A stretch of 64,000 bases of DNA from an uncultured Clostridia bacterium (GTDB taxonomy: Bacteria; Bacillota; Clostridia; TANB77; CAG-508): NCBI GenBank assembly GCA_947630545.1, contig CANRHX010000002.1:11493-75492 (forward strand), given 5' to 3'. The notes beneath the pieces were generated by a model. It made no database searches. It saw only the letters and a list, made by a program, of their open reading frames with translations, and was not told the origin of the DNA. Shown piece after piece: positions 25,185 through 34,347 of this stretch (position 1 is its first letter; each line of letters begins with the position of its first letter). The position numbers were made by a program, and so were the translations under genes.

Positions 25185-25317
25185 TGTGTCAATGGTTCCG
25201 GGTTTGATTGACACATTTTGTGTCATCGGTTCCGGGTTTGATTGACACATTTTGTGTCATTGGTTCCGGGTTTGTTTGACACATTTTGTGTCATTGGTTC
25301 CGGGTTTGTTTGACACA
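25185..25317 (+). repeat. Tandem array of 4 units of the 34-bp-period palindromic repeat (locus C, forward orientation)
   Basis: Units start at 25185, 25219, 25253 and 25287. Lies between the tig stop and the clpP start. Confidence 0.95.
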
Positions 25318-25360
25318 AAAATTGGGTACAAATAACTTGCCCCAATTTTTACTTCATTTA

Positions 25361-26653
25361 TTATTTCATTTTAGCATTTTTTACTAAAAATTCAACTGCT
25401 TTTTCAGATTCTATTCCTTGTTTTATATAATTTTTTATATTTTCATTTTGTTTTAATTCATCTGCTTTTTTTCCATAATTTTTAGCCATTTCTTCTAATT
25501 TTTCATCTATTTCTTTATCTGTTGCTTCTATTTTTTCAGCTTTAACTACAGCTTCTAATGCAAGCCTTGATTTTATTGCATCTATTGCTTGTGGCTCATA
25601 TTCTTTTTTAACTTCTTCTTCTGTTTTACCCATCATTTTGAAGTATTGATCAAGCTTTAATCCTTGATATGATAATCTTGATTCTATGTCTTTTAACATA
25701 TTTTCTACTTCTGTTTCTACCATGCCTGAAGGAATTTCTACTTTCATATCTTCACAAATTGCCTTTATTGCAGCATCTTCTGTTTCGTATTTTGCTCTTT
25801 CAGCATTTGCTTTTTCTTGTTTTTCTTTTATATCCTTCTTTAAATCCTCTAAAGTATCAAATTCACTAACATCTTTTGCAAATTCATCATCTAATTTAGG
25901 TAATTCTTTTTTCTTGATTTCATGTAATTTTACTTTAAATGTTGCATCTTTTCCAGCTAAATCTTTAGAAAAATATTCTTCTGGGAATTTTACTTTGATA
26001 TCTCTTTCTTCGTCTACTTTCATTCCTATTATTTGGTCTTCAAATCCTGGAATAAAAGTATTACTTCCTATTTCTAAATCGTAGTTTTCACCTTTTCCAC
26101 CTTCAAATGCTTTGTCATCTACAAATCCTTCAAAATCTATTACAGCTGTATTTCCACTTTCTACTGGTTTGTCTTCTACTGTTATTAATCTTGAATTACG
26201 TTCTTGCATATTGCTTAATTCTTGTTTAATGTCTTCGTCTGTTACATTATACTCTATCTTTTTAATTTCTATACCTTTATACTTTCCAAGTTTTACTTCT
26301 GGTTTTGTTTGCATTACTGCTGTAAATATTAAATCTTGTCCTTTTCCTATTTGTGTAACTTCAATATCAGGTCTGCTAACTACTTCTAATTTATTTTCAA
26401 TTACTGCATCTTCTAATGCTTTTGGTGCTACTTCATTGAAAGCATCCTCATAAAAAATTTCTTTTCCATAATATTTTTCTACTATTTGTATTGGTGCTTT
26501 TCCTTTTCTAAATCCTGGAATATTGAAATATTTTGCACTTTGGAAATATACTTTTTTAATTGCTTCATCAAATTTTGAAGCTTCTACTGTAACTTCTATT
26601 TTTACTTCATTTGCATTTTCTGTTTTTTCTACTTTACCACTCATTTTTTTCAA
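25361..26653 (-). CDS. tig: Trigger factor
   Basis: GFRKGKAP ribosome-binding motif and a central FKBP-type PPIase domain; upstream of clpP-clpX. Confidence 0.93.
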   Translation of the reverse strand: MKKMSGKVEKTENANEVKIEVTVEASKFDEAIKKVYFQSAKYFNIPGFRKGKAPIQIVEKYYGKEIFYEDAFNEVAPKALEDAVIENKLEVVSRPDIEVTQIGKGQDLIFTAVMQTKPEVKLGKYKGIEIKKIEYNVTDEDIKQELSNMQERNSRLITVEDKPVESGNTAVIDFEGFVDDKAFEGGKGENYDLEIGSNTFIPGFEDQIIGMKVDEERDIKVKFPEEYFSKDLAGKDATFKVKLHEIKKKELPKLDDEFAKDVSEFDTLEDLKKDIKEKQEKANAERAKYETEDAAIKAICEDMKVEIPSGMVETEVENMLKDIESRLSYQGLKLDQYFKMMGKTEEEVKKEYEPQAIDAIKSRLALEAVVKAEKIEATDKEIDEKLEEMAKNYGKKADELKQNENIKNYIKQGIESEKAVEFLVKNAKMK

Positions 26654-26812
26654 TCCTTTCTAATTTCATATAGCTATATCATTATAACACATTTTTCCTA
26701 TTTTGCAAGGAATTTTTGATAATTTTTAAAAAATACTTGTTTTTTTTCCATTTATGTGGTAAACTTGGTATTGGTCAATTTATTTTTAAAAATATAGGAG
26801 GTGTAATTTGAT

Positions 26813-27010
26813 ATGGCAAAATGTGCAATTTGTGAAAAAGAAGGACATCATGGAAATAAACTTAGCATTACTCGTTCACATATAAGTAAAAGATCACCTA
26901 GAACTTGGAAACCAAATTTAAGAAGAGTTAAAGCTGATATAGATGGAGAAGTAAAAAGAATATATGTATGTGCTAAATGTTTAAAAGATGGAAAAGTAAA
27001 AAGAGCTTAA
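26813..27010 (+). CDS. rpmB: 50S ribosomal protein L28
   Basis: MAKCAICEKEGHHGNKLSITRSHISKRSPRTWKPNLRRVK... is L28-like; 65 aa. Confidence 0.9.
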   Translation: MAKCAICEKEGHHGNKLSITRSHISKRSPRTWKPNLRRVKADIDGEVKRIYVCAKCLKDGKVKRA

Positions 27011-27119
27011 TTAAACAGCTCTTTTTTTAATCCTTTATTCCAAATATGAGTTTTACAAATCCCCTAAAAAATTTGGGTACCTTCTTCACAACAACTTTCA
27101 TATGTATTCCTCCTTTTTT

Positions 27120-27269
27120 CTAACATGCTAGCCAAATAAGTCCTACTATTATTACAGTCGCTCCTATTAAAAATAGCCAACCTGTTAATGGAAGTAATAA
27201 TACTAATAATATTCCCAATCCTAATCCTATTAAAATAACCCCAAATGTTTTTTTTAAGAATCCTATCAT
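27120..27269 (-). CDS. Small hydrophobic membrane protein (49 aa), not in the ORF track
   Basis: Own translation: MIGFLKKTFGVILIGLGLGILLVLLLPLTGWLFLIGATVIIVGLIWLAC. GGAGG RBS 6-7 nt upstream. A second mini-ORF (27027..27101, MKVVVKKVPKFFRGFVKLIFGIKD) follows behind AAGGAGG. Confidence 0.45.
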   Translation of the reverse strand: MIGFLKKTFGVILIGLGLGILLVLLLPLTGWLFLIGATVIIVGLIWLAC

Positions 27270-27443
27270 TTTTTACCTCCATTTATTATATTATATTAAT
27301 ATATTTTATTATTTGTTCCTTTTTATGTTACTAATTTTTAACATTGAAACACTCATAAAATTAAGTTTTTTCAAAAATTATTAATCTTAAAAAATATTTA
27401 TATTGACTATATATTAAAATTTTTGTAAACTTATATTAAAGGA

Positions 27444-28088
27444 ATGATAAATATGAAAAAAGATGAAATTAAAAATATGATTGATACATTAAAAAAAGCA
27501 TATCCAGACGCAACATGTAGTTTAGATTTTAAAGAACCTTTTCAACTTGTTGTGGCTGTAATGCTATCTGCTCAATGCACTGATGAAAGAGTTAATAAAA
27601 CAACTCCTGCCTTATTTAAAAAATGTAAGACAATTGAAGATTTTATGAATATTGACATTAAAGAATTAGAAAAATTAGTTCATCCATGTGGTTTTTATAA
27701 AAACAAAGCTAAAAATATAAAGCTTTGTGCTGAACAGGTCTTAACAAAGTTTAATGGTATTGTGCCAAATACATATGAAGATCTTATGTCTCTTGCTGGA
27801 ATCGGTCGAAAAAGTGCAAATGTAATAATGCTAGAAGTTTTTGGAATAGCAGAAGGAATAGCTGTCGATACACATGCAAAAAGAATTTCAAATTTGATTG
27901 GTCTAAGTAAAAATAAAGATCCAGAAAAAATAGAACAAGATTTACTAAAATTGTTCCCAAAAGAATATCTTAAAGATGTTAATCATTTACTTGTATGGCA
28001 TGGAAGAAATTGTTGTGTTGCAAGAAAACCTCAATGTGATGTATGCCCTATCAATAAATATTGTAAATACTTTAAATCCAAACATTAG
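27444..28088 (+). CDS. nth: Endonuclease III
   Basis: HhH-GPD motif LMSLAGIGRKSANVIM and a C-terminal 4Fe-4S cluster loop CVARKPQCDVCPINKYC. Confidence 0.93.
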   Translation: MINMKKDEIKNMIDTLKKAYPDATCSLDFKEPFQLVVAVMLSAQCTDERVNKTTPALFKKCKTIEDFMNIDIKELEKLVHPCGFYKNKAKNIKLCAEQVLTKFNGIVPNTYEDLMSLAGIGRKSANVIMLEVFGIAEGIAVDTHAKRISNLIGLSKNKDPEKIEQDLLKLFPKEYLKDVNHLLVWHGRNCCVARKPQCDVCPINKYCKYFKSKH

Positions 28089-28152
28089 AGTTTGGATTTT
28101 ATTTGAATAAAAATTTTTTTGTAACAAATACTATATTTTAGAGGTGATTCTT

Positions 28153-28287
28153 TTGACAAATATAAATTGTTCAAAAAATTGTATTTATCAAAAAGATGGA
28201 AAGTGTCAGTATTCTTCTGTTCAACAATCTAAACTTTGTTGCAATACTCAGTGTGCTTATTATGTTGAAAAAGTGCATATCAATTAG
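28153..28287 (+). CDS. Small cysteine-rich protein (44 aa, TTG start), not in the ORF track
   Basis: Own translation: (M)TNINCSKNCIYQKDGKCQYSSVQQSKLCCNTQCAYYVEKVHIN. AGAGGTGA RBS 5 nt upstream of the TTG. Six Cys residues. Confidence 0.4.
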   Translation: MTNINCSKNCIYQKDGKCQYSSVQQSKLCCNTQCAYYVEKVHIN

Positions 28288-28288
28288 T

Positions 28289-28387
28289 TGTGTCATTCAA
28301 ACCCGGAACCAATGACACAAAATGTGTCAATCAAACCCGGAACCGATGACACAAAATGTGTCAATTAAACCCGGAACCAGTGACACA
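28289..28387 (-). repeat. Tandem array of 3 units of the 34-bp-period palindromic repeat (locus D, reverse orientation); overlaps the 3' end of rnr
   Basis: Units start at 28289, 28323 and 28357. The last 9 rnr codons (ICVTGSGFN + stop) are read from unit 3. Confidence 0.95.
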
Positions 28388-30124
28388 AATTTCAAAATCT
28401 ACTTGTCTTAATAGTTTGCTTGCAGATATAACTCGCACTTTAACTTTATCCCCTATTTTATATAATTTATTTGTTTTTTCTCCTCTTAAAGTTTTTCTAT
28501 TTTCATCATAAATAAAATATTCATTTCCCATGTGTTCAAAACGAATTAATCCTTCAACGGTATTTTCCAATTGTACAAACATTCCAAATTGGGTGATAGA
28601 AGACACTATTCCTTCATAAATTTCTCCTATTTTATTTTCCATATATTCTGCTTTTTTTAAATCTTCACTTTCTCTTTCAACTTTAGTTGCAATTTTTTCT
28701 CTTTCTGAAGATGCTTTTGCTCTTTGTTCTGCCTTTTCTTTATATTCTTCTATAAAATGTTCTTTTACATTATAGTTGCATTTTAGATATTTTGAAATTA
28801 TTCTATGAATAAATAAGTCTGGATATCTTCTTATTGGTGACGTAAAATGACAATAATATTTACTAGCAATACCAAAGTGTCCTTTGTTTTCTGATTCATA
28901 TCGTGCTACTTTTAAGGTTCTAAGTATTAAATTTGAAACTATTTTTTCTTCTTCTTTTCCCTTTACTTCCTCTAATGCTTTTGCAAATTCATTTGGATAT
29001 ATTTTTTCATTTACAATTCTTATTTTTAATCCGAAATTATATAAAGACTGATTAAGTTCTCTTGTTTTATCTATATCAGGCTCTTCGTGCACTCTATAAA
29101 TAAATGGTGCTTGCAACCAATAAAATTTTTCAGCTACAGTTTCGTTTGCTATAAGCATAAATTGTTCTATTATTTCATTTGCGAATGTTGTTTCATATTT
29201 AGAAATATTCGTAACTCTACCTTTTATATCTAATTCAATCTTACTTTCTGGAATATCTAAATTTAAATATCCTTGTTCTTTTCTTTTATTTTTCAATATT
29301 AAAGCAAGTTCTTCCATTAACTTGAATTCATTTATAAAATCTTTATATTTTTCTAATGTTTCTTCATTTGACTTGTCCAAAATAGCTTGAACATCATGAT
29401 AGCTCATCCTTCTTGTTACATTGATAACAGATTTATAAATTTCAGAATCAACTACTTTCCCTGTTTCATCTATTTCCATAGTACAAGATAAAGCTAATCT
29501 ATCTTCTCCTTGATTCAAACTACAAATTCCATTAGACAATTCTCTTGGGAGCATTGGTATTACTCTGCCAAGCATATATACACTTGTACCTCTAATTAAT
29601 GCTTCTTTATCTAATTCACTATTTTCTCCAACGTAATGGCTAACATCGGCAATATGCACATCTAAAATGTAGTTACCGTTTTTTAACTTTTTAACACTTA
29701 CTGCATCATCTAAATCTTTAGCATCTTCTCCATCTATGGTAAATACTATATCTTTTCTTAAATCTTTCCTATATTTAATGTCTTTTTCTGAAATAAAATT
29801 TTTCTTACTTTTGGCTTCTAGAACTACAGGCTTTGGAAATATAGAAGGTAAGTTATATTCCTTAATTAAAGATAGCATATCTACTCCTGCTTCGTTTATC
29901 CCACCTAATACTTCTAATATTTTTCCCTCTGCCCTTTTATCGCCTTTTGGATATTTAATAATTTTAACTAAAACTTTATGATTGTTTCTGGCTTTTCCAA
30001 AATTCTTTTTTGAAATAAATATATCTCCATAAAGTTTTCTATTATCTGGAACTACAAATCCAAAACTTTTATTGTTTTGAAATGTTCCTACTAATGTATC
30101 TTTTTTTTCTATTTCTTCTTGCAT
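28361..30124 (-). CDS. rnr: Ribonuclease R
   Basis: N-terminal cold-shock/OB region, RNB catalytic domain (TIDGEDAKDLDDAVS) and C-terminal S1 domain (GIVSSITQFGMFVQL). Confidence 0.93.
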   Translation of the reverse strand: MQEEIEKKDTLVGTFQNNKSFGFVVPDNRKLYGDIFISKKNFGKARNNHKVLVKIIKYPKGDKRAEGKILEVLGGINEAGVDMLSLIKEYNLPSIFPKPVVLEAKSKKNFISEKDIKYRKDLRKDIVFTIDGEDAKDLDDAVSVKKLKNGNYILDVHIADVSHYVGENSELDKEALIRGTSVYMLGRVIPMLPRELSNGICSLNQGEDRLALSCTMEIDETGKVVDSEIYKSVINVTRRMSYHDVQAILDKSNEETLEKYKDFINEFKLMEELALILKNKRKEQGYLNLDIPESKIELDIKGRVTNISKYETTFANEIIEQFMLIANETVAEKFYWLQAPFIYRVHEEPDIDKTRELNQSLYNFGLKIRIVNEKIYPNEFAKALEEVKGKEEEKIVSNLILRTLKVARYESENKGHFGIASKYYCHFTSPIRRYPDLFIHRIISKYLKCNYNVKEHFIEEYKEKAEQRAKASSEREKIATKVERESEDLKKAEYMENKIGEIYEGIVSSITQFGMFVQLENTVEGLIRFEHMGNEYFIYDENRKTLRGEKTNKLYKIGDKVKVRVISASKLLRQVDFEICVTGSGFN

Positions 30125-30180
30125 ATTATTTCCTTTCTATAATATTAAAAAAAGAGCAATTCTTTTGCCCTTATTTTTAT

Positions 30181-30432
30181 TTATTTTGCCATATATAATA
30201 TTCCAAGTGCTACTGTTAATATAGCAAATACAATTGATAAAATTATAGTCCATTTTTTTTGTTTACCTGTTTTTGTTCTTGTCTTATTTTTTTCATAAAA
30301 ATTGTTTGTTGATGAACCTGTTATTGTTGAAGAAAGTCCTTCATCTTCCTTTGATTGTATTGATGCTAATATTATTACAATTAATGCTACTATAAAATAT
30401 ATAACTGTTAATATTGTTCTAGCTATGTCCAT
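30181..30432 (-). CDS. secG: Preprotein translocase subunit SecG
   Basis: Two TM helices and a Q.K.EGLSS-type motif (IQSKEDEGLSSTITG). The secG-rnr neighbourhood is typical of Firmicutes. Confidence 0.8.
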   Translation of the reverse strand: MDIARTILTVIYFIVALIVIILASIQSKEDEGLSSTITGSSTNNFYEKNKTRTKTGKQKKWTIILSIVFAILTVALGILYMAK

Positions 30433-30488
30433 TTGCTATTCCTCCCTATGTTTCTCATTATTACTTGCATATTGTAACATAATTTTTT

Positions 30489-31190
30489 TTAAAATGCAAC
30501 TGTTCTTATAAAACATATTAAAGAAAAAATTATAATTTTCATACAAGTATTAAAAAATAATTGAAAATTAGTGCCTTTTATGCCCACTGGATTTATTTTA
30601 TCATATTCTGATATTATTTCATCTATTTCTTCTTTAGATGATATTTTAACATCCTCCATATATTCTTTTGCTAAATATCTTGCCTTTATCATTGCATCAT
30701 TTTCTAAATATGTTCTTATAAGTAAATATATCATACTTAAAACAATTAATATTGTTAAAAATAACCATTTGTTTTTTAATACATTAAATATAATAAGTAC
30801 AGAAACTATTGCAAAATATAATAAGTATAAATTAGAATATATAAAATTAAAATTTAAAATCTTTTTCCCTTGAACCGAATGTAAGCATTCATGTGCAATT
30901 GTTTGAATTCTGGTATATGTATTTTTTATATTAGCAATTAAGATTTTATTCGTAACAGCTATATATAAACAACTCTCCCTACCAGTATTTTCTTCTATTT
31001 CTACATCTTCATTTTTTAATTTTTTTAAATACCATTTACATATTTCAATATTATCTGGATATTTTTGAGTTAATTTATCTAGTTTATCGTTTTTTCCTAT
31101 TTCTTTCATATTTTTATAATTAATCTCAAATACACCTTTAATAATTACAACTACTAATACTACTAATATTACTACTACTAAAAATTCCAT
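30489..31190 (-). CDS. Membrane protein with an HExxH zinc-peptidase-like motif
   Basis: N-terminal TM helix, AHECLHSVQG motif, several C-terminal TM helices. Confidence 0.4.
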   Translation of the reverse strand: MEFLVVVILVVLVVVIIKGVFEINYKNMKEIGKNDKLDKLTQKYPDNIEICKWYLKKLKNEDVEIEENTGRESCLYIAVTNKILIANIKNTYTRIQTIAHECLHSVQGKKILNFNFIYSNLYLLYFAIVSVLIIFNVLKNKWLFLTILIVLSMIYLLIRTYLENDAMIKARYLAKEYMEDVKISSKEEIDEIISEYDKINPVGIKGTNFQLFFNTCMKIIIFSLICFIRTVAF

Positions 31191-31244
31191 TTTATCGCTC
31201 CAATCTATTTATTTTACAACGATAAAACTTAACAATCCTATTTT

Positions 31245-31577
31245 TTACATGACATCTTTTATTGATTCACCAATAATTTTATTTACATCTGCAAAAAGAA
31301 TATTAAATTTAGTTTCTGCATCAAAAAATTTTTTAGCATCATTATCTTCTAATAATTCAGCATACATATTTTGAACTTTTTTCATTTTTTCTTCATCATT
31401 TTTTCCTGTTTGCATGGCTGAAATTTGTAGTTCATATCTTGATTTTTCAAATTCATCTATTTTGTTTTTTAATTCTGGTTTTAAATTAATTGTCTGCTTT
31501 GCCATTTTATAATTTGTATATTCTTCAGATGTCTTAATTTCTTGAGCTAATCTATTAGCTGTATCATATACATTCAT
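31245..31577 (-). CDS. YlbF/YmcA family protein
   Basis: 110-aa helical protein starting MNVYDTANRLAQEIKTSEEY; typical of the YlbF family. Confidence 0.6.
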   Translation of the reverse strand: MNVYDTANRLAQEIKTSEEYTNYKMAKQTINLKPELKNKIDEFEKSRYELQISAMQTGKNDEEKMKKVQNMYAELLEDNDAKKFFDAETKFNILFADVNKIIGESIKDVM

Positions 31578-31588
31578 TTTGTAACCTC

Positions 31589-32635
31589 CTATTTTATTAC
31601 AACTTTCGCATTTTTAGGGCAAATATTTACAAAAGTATTTCCATCATTTACTTCTATTTCATTTCCATCTAAATCTTCATATTTAGTTTGTTTATCTCTT
31701 GCTTTTTTTATACATTTTATTTTAATTGCCTTTCCATTTGTAATGTAATATCCATCAAATGTTCCTATATTTGTTAAACTTTGTCTACCTTTTCCAGATC
31801 CATCACTTAAAGTATAGTTATTGCAAAAAGTTATTATAATATTTTTTGTTGTAACAGCTTTTCCAGTTGTCCAATCTTTTTGTGCTTTTCCTCTTGCATA
31901 TCTTTTATATACTTGATTTTTTTCATCATACTCATATTTAACTTTTTGTAAAGTAGAATGTGGAATAGTAACAGTTTTGGCTGTTTTGCCATCTTCCAAA
32001 TCAACATCTTCTACTGTATAATTTAAAACACTTTCTTTTGTTGAAGTTGTTTTATATTTTTTTGCCTTGGCACTCTTTAATATTTTTGCTGTACTAGTTA
32101 CAGCATTGTGTGGAGCATATTTATCAGTTACTCTCCAAAATATTTCGGTACTTTCAGTTATTCCATTTATGTTATCTATATCATACTTGCTTATGTCAGA
32201 TTTTGCTTGTGGACTCCAACCATAATGAACATATATTGCATCATTTTCCATTGCATAATCTAGGAAATAATGTCTTGAACTTCTGACTGGTCCTATTTTA
32301 TCTAAGTCTTGTCCCTTAAATAAAGCCATTAGTCTTGTTTCTCCACCCTCTACAATTATTTCATAGACCATATATGCATTATTTAGTCCTGCTTGAGGCC
32401 AAGCCCCATTATGGTTGTCTATCATTACAGCAATAGGTCTGTCATCTCCAGAAAAAATTTGAACTTTCTTTTCTGGCTCTGGTTCTTCTACTGCTTCTAC
32501 TTTTACCTCATTTTTTTCTGCTACCTGTTGTGGCTGTGAATTTTGTCCTTTTATTATCTTAAAAGCTAAAACTGAACCTGCTGCTACGATTAAAATTAAT
32601 AATATTATAATTAGAATCTTCGTATTTTTTTTCAT
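31589..32635 (-). CDS. DUF3048 domain-containing lipoprotein/secreted protein
   Basis: Signal anchor followed by RPIAVMIDNHNGAWPQAGLNNAYMVYEIIVEGGETRLMALF, characteristic of DUF3048. Confidence 0.7.
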   Translation of the reverse strand: MKKNTKILIIILLILIVAAGSVLAFKIIKGQNSQPQQVAEKNEVKVEAVEEPEPEKKVQIFSGDDRPIAVMIDNHNGAWPQAGLNNAYMVYEIIVEGGETRLMALFKGQDLDKIGPVRSSRHYFLDYAMENDAIYVHYGWSPQAKSDISKYDIDNINGITESTEIFWRVTDKYAPHNAVTSTAKILKSAKAKKYKTTSTKESVLNYTVEDVDLEDGKTAKTVTIPHSTLQKVKYEYDEKNQVYKRYARGKAQKDWTTGKAVTTKNIIITFCNNYTLSDGSGKGRQSLTNIGTFDGYYITNGKAIKIKCIKKARDKQTKYEDLDGNEIEVNDGNTFVNICPKNAKVVIK

Positions 32636-32652
32636 ATTTATTCCCCTTTTAT

Positions 32653-33126
32653 TTAATCTCTTGTTATATTAAGTTTTTGTAAAATTGTTTCTTCTTTTTT
32701 TCTCATTTCTTTTTTATCTTCTTCTTCAATATGATCATAGCCCATTAAATGATAAAAACTATGAACTACCATATAACTTAACTCTCTTTTAAAACTATGT
32801 CCGTATTCTTTTGCCTGTTCTTCCACTCTTGGAATTGAAATTACCATATCACCTAAAATATCTTCGTATGTAAAATCTCTGTTTTTTATTTTTAAGTCTA
32901 ATTCACCTTTTTCAAACATAGGAAACGAAAGTACATCCGTTTCCCTGTCTATATTTCTATATTCTTTATTTAATGCTCTAATGTTTTTTGCATTAGTTAA
33001 TGTTATTTGAATTGTTAATTTTGAATCTATTAATTTTTCCTCTTTGTAACATTCTAGCAAAACTTCTTTTATTATTTGTTCAAATGCTTCATTTTCTTCC
33101 CAATCCAAATATGTTATTTCATACAT
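32653..33126 (-). CDS. ybeY: rRNA maturation endoribonuclease YbeY
   Basis: Zinc motif HSFYHLMGYDH (HxxxHxxGxxH); 157 aa. Confidence 0.92.
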   Translation of the reverse strand: MYEITYLDWEENEAFEQIIKEVLLECYKEEKLIDSKLTIQITLTNAKNIRALNKEYRNIDRETDVLSFPMFEKGELDLKIKNRDFTYEDILGDMVISIPRVEEQAKEYGHSFKRELSYMVVHSFYHLMGYDHIEEEDKKEMRKKEETILQKLNITRD

Positions 33127-34342
33127 TTACTGCTGTGCTCCTTACTTTTTTGTATTTTCCTTCTATATTTTTAATTGAATTTCTTAATTCTCTTATAGCT
33201 CCATAATCAACTAATTTTCTTTTATAATATTTTATTATTTTTGAATAATCTATTTTACTATCTTCTATATTTTTTATATCATTTTTTATAAATAAAACTT
33301 CTTTTTGTTGTATATATTCACTAAAATTTGTTTCTTTTTGTTTTGATATTTCTTTATAATTATCCCAGAATTTTTTGTATTCTTCCCTTTTTTCTGGCTT
33401 ATCCCAATATACTTTTGTAGATAGCAATTTTATGTTATAATCTTCTATTAAATTAATTAACATTTGATATGCTTTTTCTCTTTTTGTAGCAACTTTTGTA
33501 TCTTGTACTAAAATTCTTGCATCTGTAAGTAATTTTTCATAACATTGTTCTGCCACAACTAATGGAAGACTATGTGTAAATAATTTTCTACTTATACCCA
33601 ATATAACCATATTTTTTTCTATGTTATCTCTTGTATCTAATTTTCCTACAGAATATTTTTCGTATTTTTCATATTCTTCTTTTAGTTCATCACATTTTCC
33701 GTCTTCATTATTTTGAATTTTTAATGATAATATATTTTGTATGTATTCTTCTAGTGTATAAAATATTTTTGTATAAATCCATTCTTTGGCAGAATCGTAT
33801 GCATTTGTGGAATCAGCTAATTTTATTGAATAATTCTTCAAAATTGCTTTGTAAATTGCATCCATTTTATATATATAGAAATTGATATATTTTTTGGTTA
33901 TTTTACTTTTGGCATTTTTTATTATATTTTCGTAATCTAATTCTAATAAATATTTTTGTTTTCTATATTTATATTCTATATACTCATTTTCTTTTAAGCT
34001 TGTTACTTCGTAATATTTAGATAATGCATTTTTTTCAAATTCCGTAGCTGCATTATTTTTTACTTTTTTATAAATTGAATCTAAGACATACTTATCTAAT
34101 GATTCTAAATATATAGCATATGTATTTTCAAATTTTTTCTCATTTTCTTCTTGATCATAATCATTTTCTTTTTGAAGATTTTCAAATACTTTTAGTAAGT
34201 TATTTCTTTTCATGGAAATTAACATACTATTAAATCCAACTTTAGTAGGTATTAACATTTTTGTTAATCTTGATGTAAGTTTACCAAAAAAATTTTTATC
34301 AGCTCCAGTTATTCTTAAGCTTCTTTCTTCCATTTGCATCAT
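33119..34342 (-). CDS. Hypothetical protein (407 aa, Lys/Glu/Tyr-rich, helical)
   Basis: Long ORF with coding-like periodicity in operon with yqfD and ybeY. It occupies the position often held by phoH/pgpH in Firmicutes. No family recognised. Confidence 0.5.
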   Translation of the reverse strand: MMQMEERSLRITGADKNFFGKLTSRLTKMLIPTKVGFNSMLISMKRNNLLKVFENLQKENDYDQEENEKKFENTYAIYLESLDKYVLDSIYKKVKNNAATEFEKNALSKYYEVTSLKENEYIEYKYRKQKYLLELDYENIIKNAKSKITKKYINFYIYKMDAIYKAILKNYSIKLADSTNAYDSAKEWIYTKIFYTLEEYIQNILSLKIQNNEDGKCDELKEEYEKYEKYSVGKLDTRDNIEKNMVILGISRKLFTHSLPLVVAEQCYEKLLTDARILVQDTKVATKREKAYQMLINLIEDYNIKLLSTKVYWDKPEKREEYKKFWDNYKEISKQKETNFSEYIQQKEVLFIKNDIKNIEDSKIDYSKIIKYYKRKLVDYGAIRELRNSIKNIEGKYKKVRSTAVNV

Positions 34343-34347
34343 CCTCT

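Noticed and set aside
27064-27282. The 72-aa ORF in the track (MEVKNDRILKK...).
   Set aside because: It has no RBS and an implausible sequence. It overlaps, in another frame, two short ORFs that do have strong RBSs and a membrane-peptide character.
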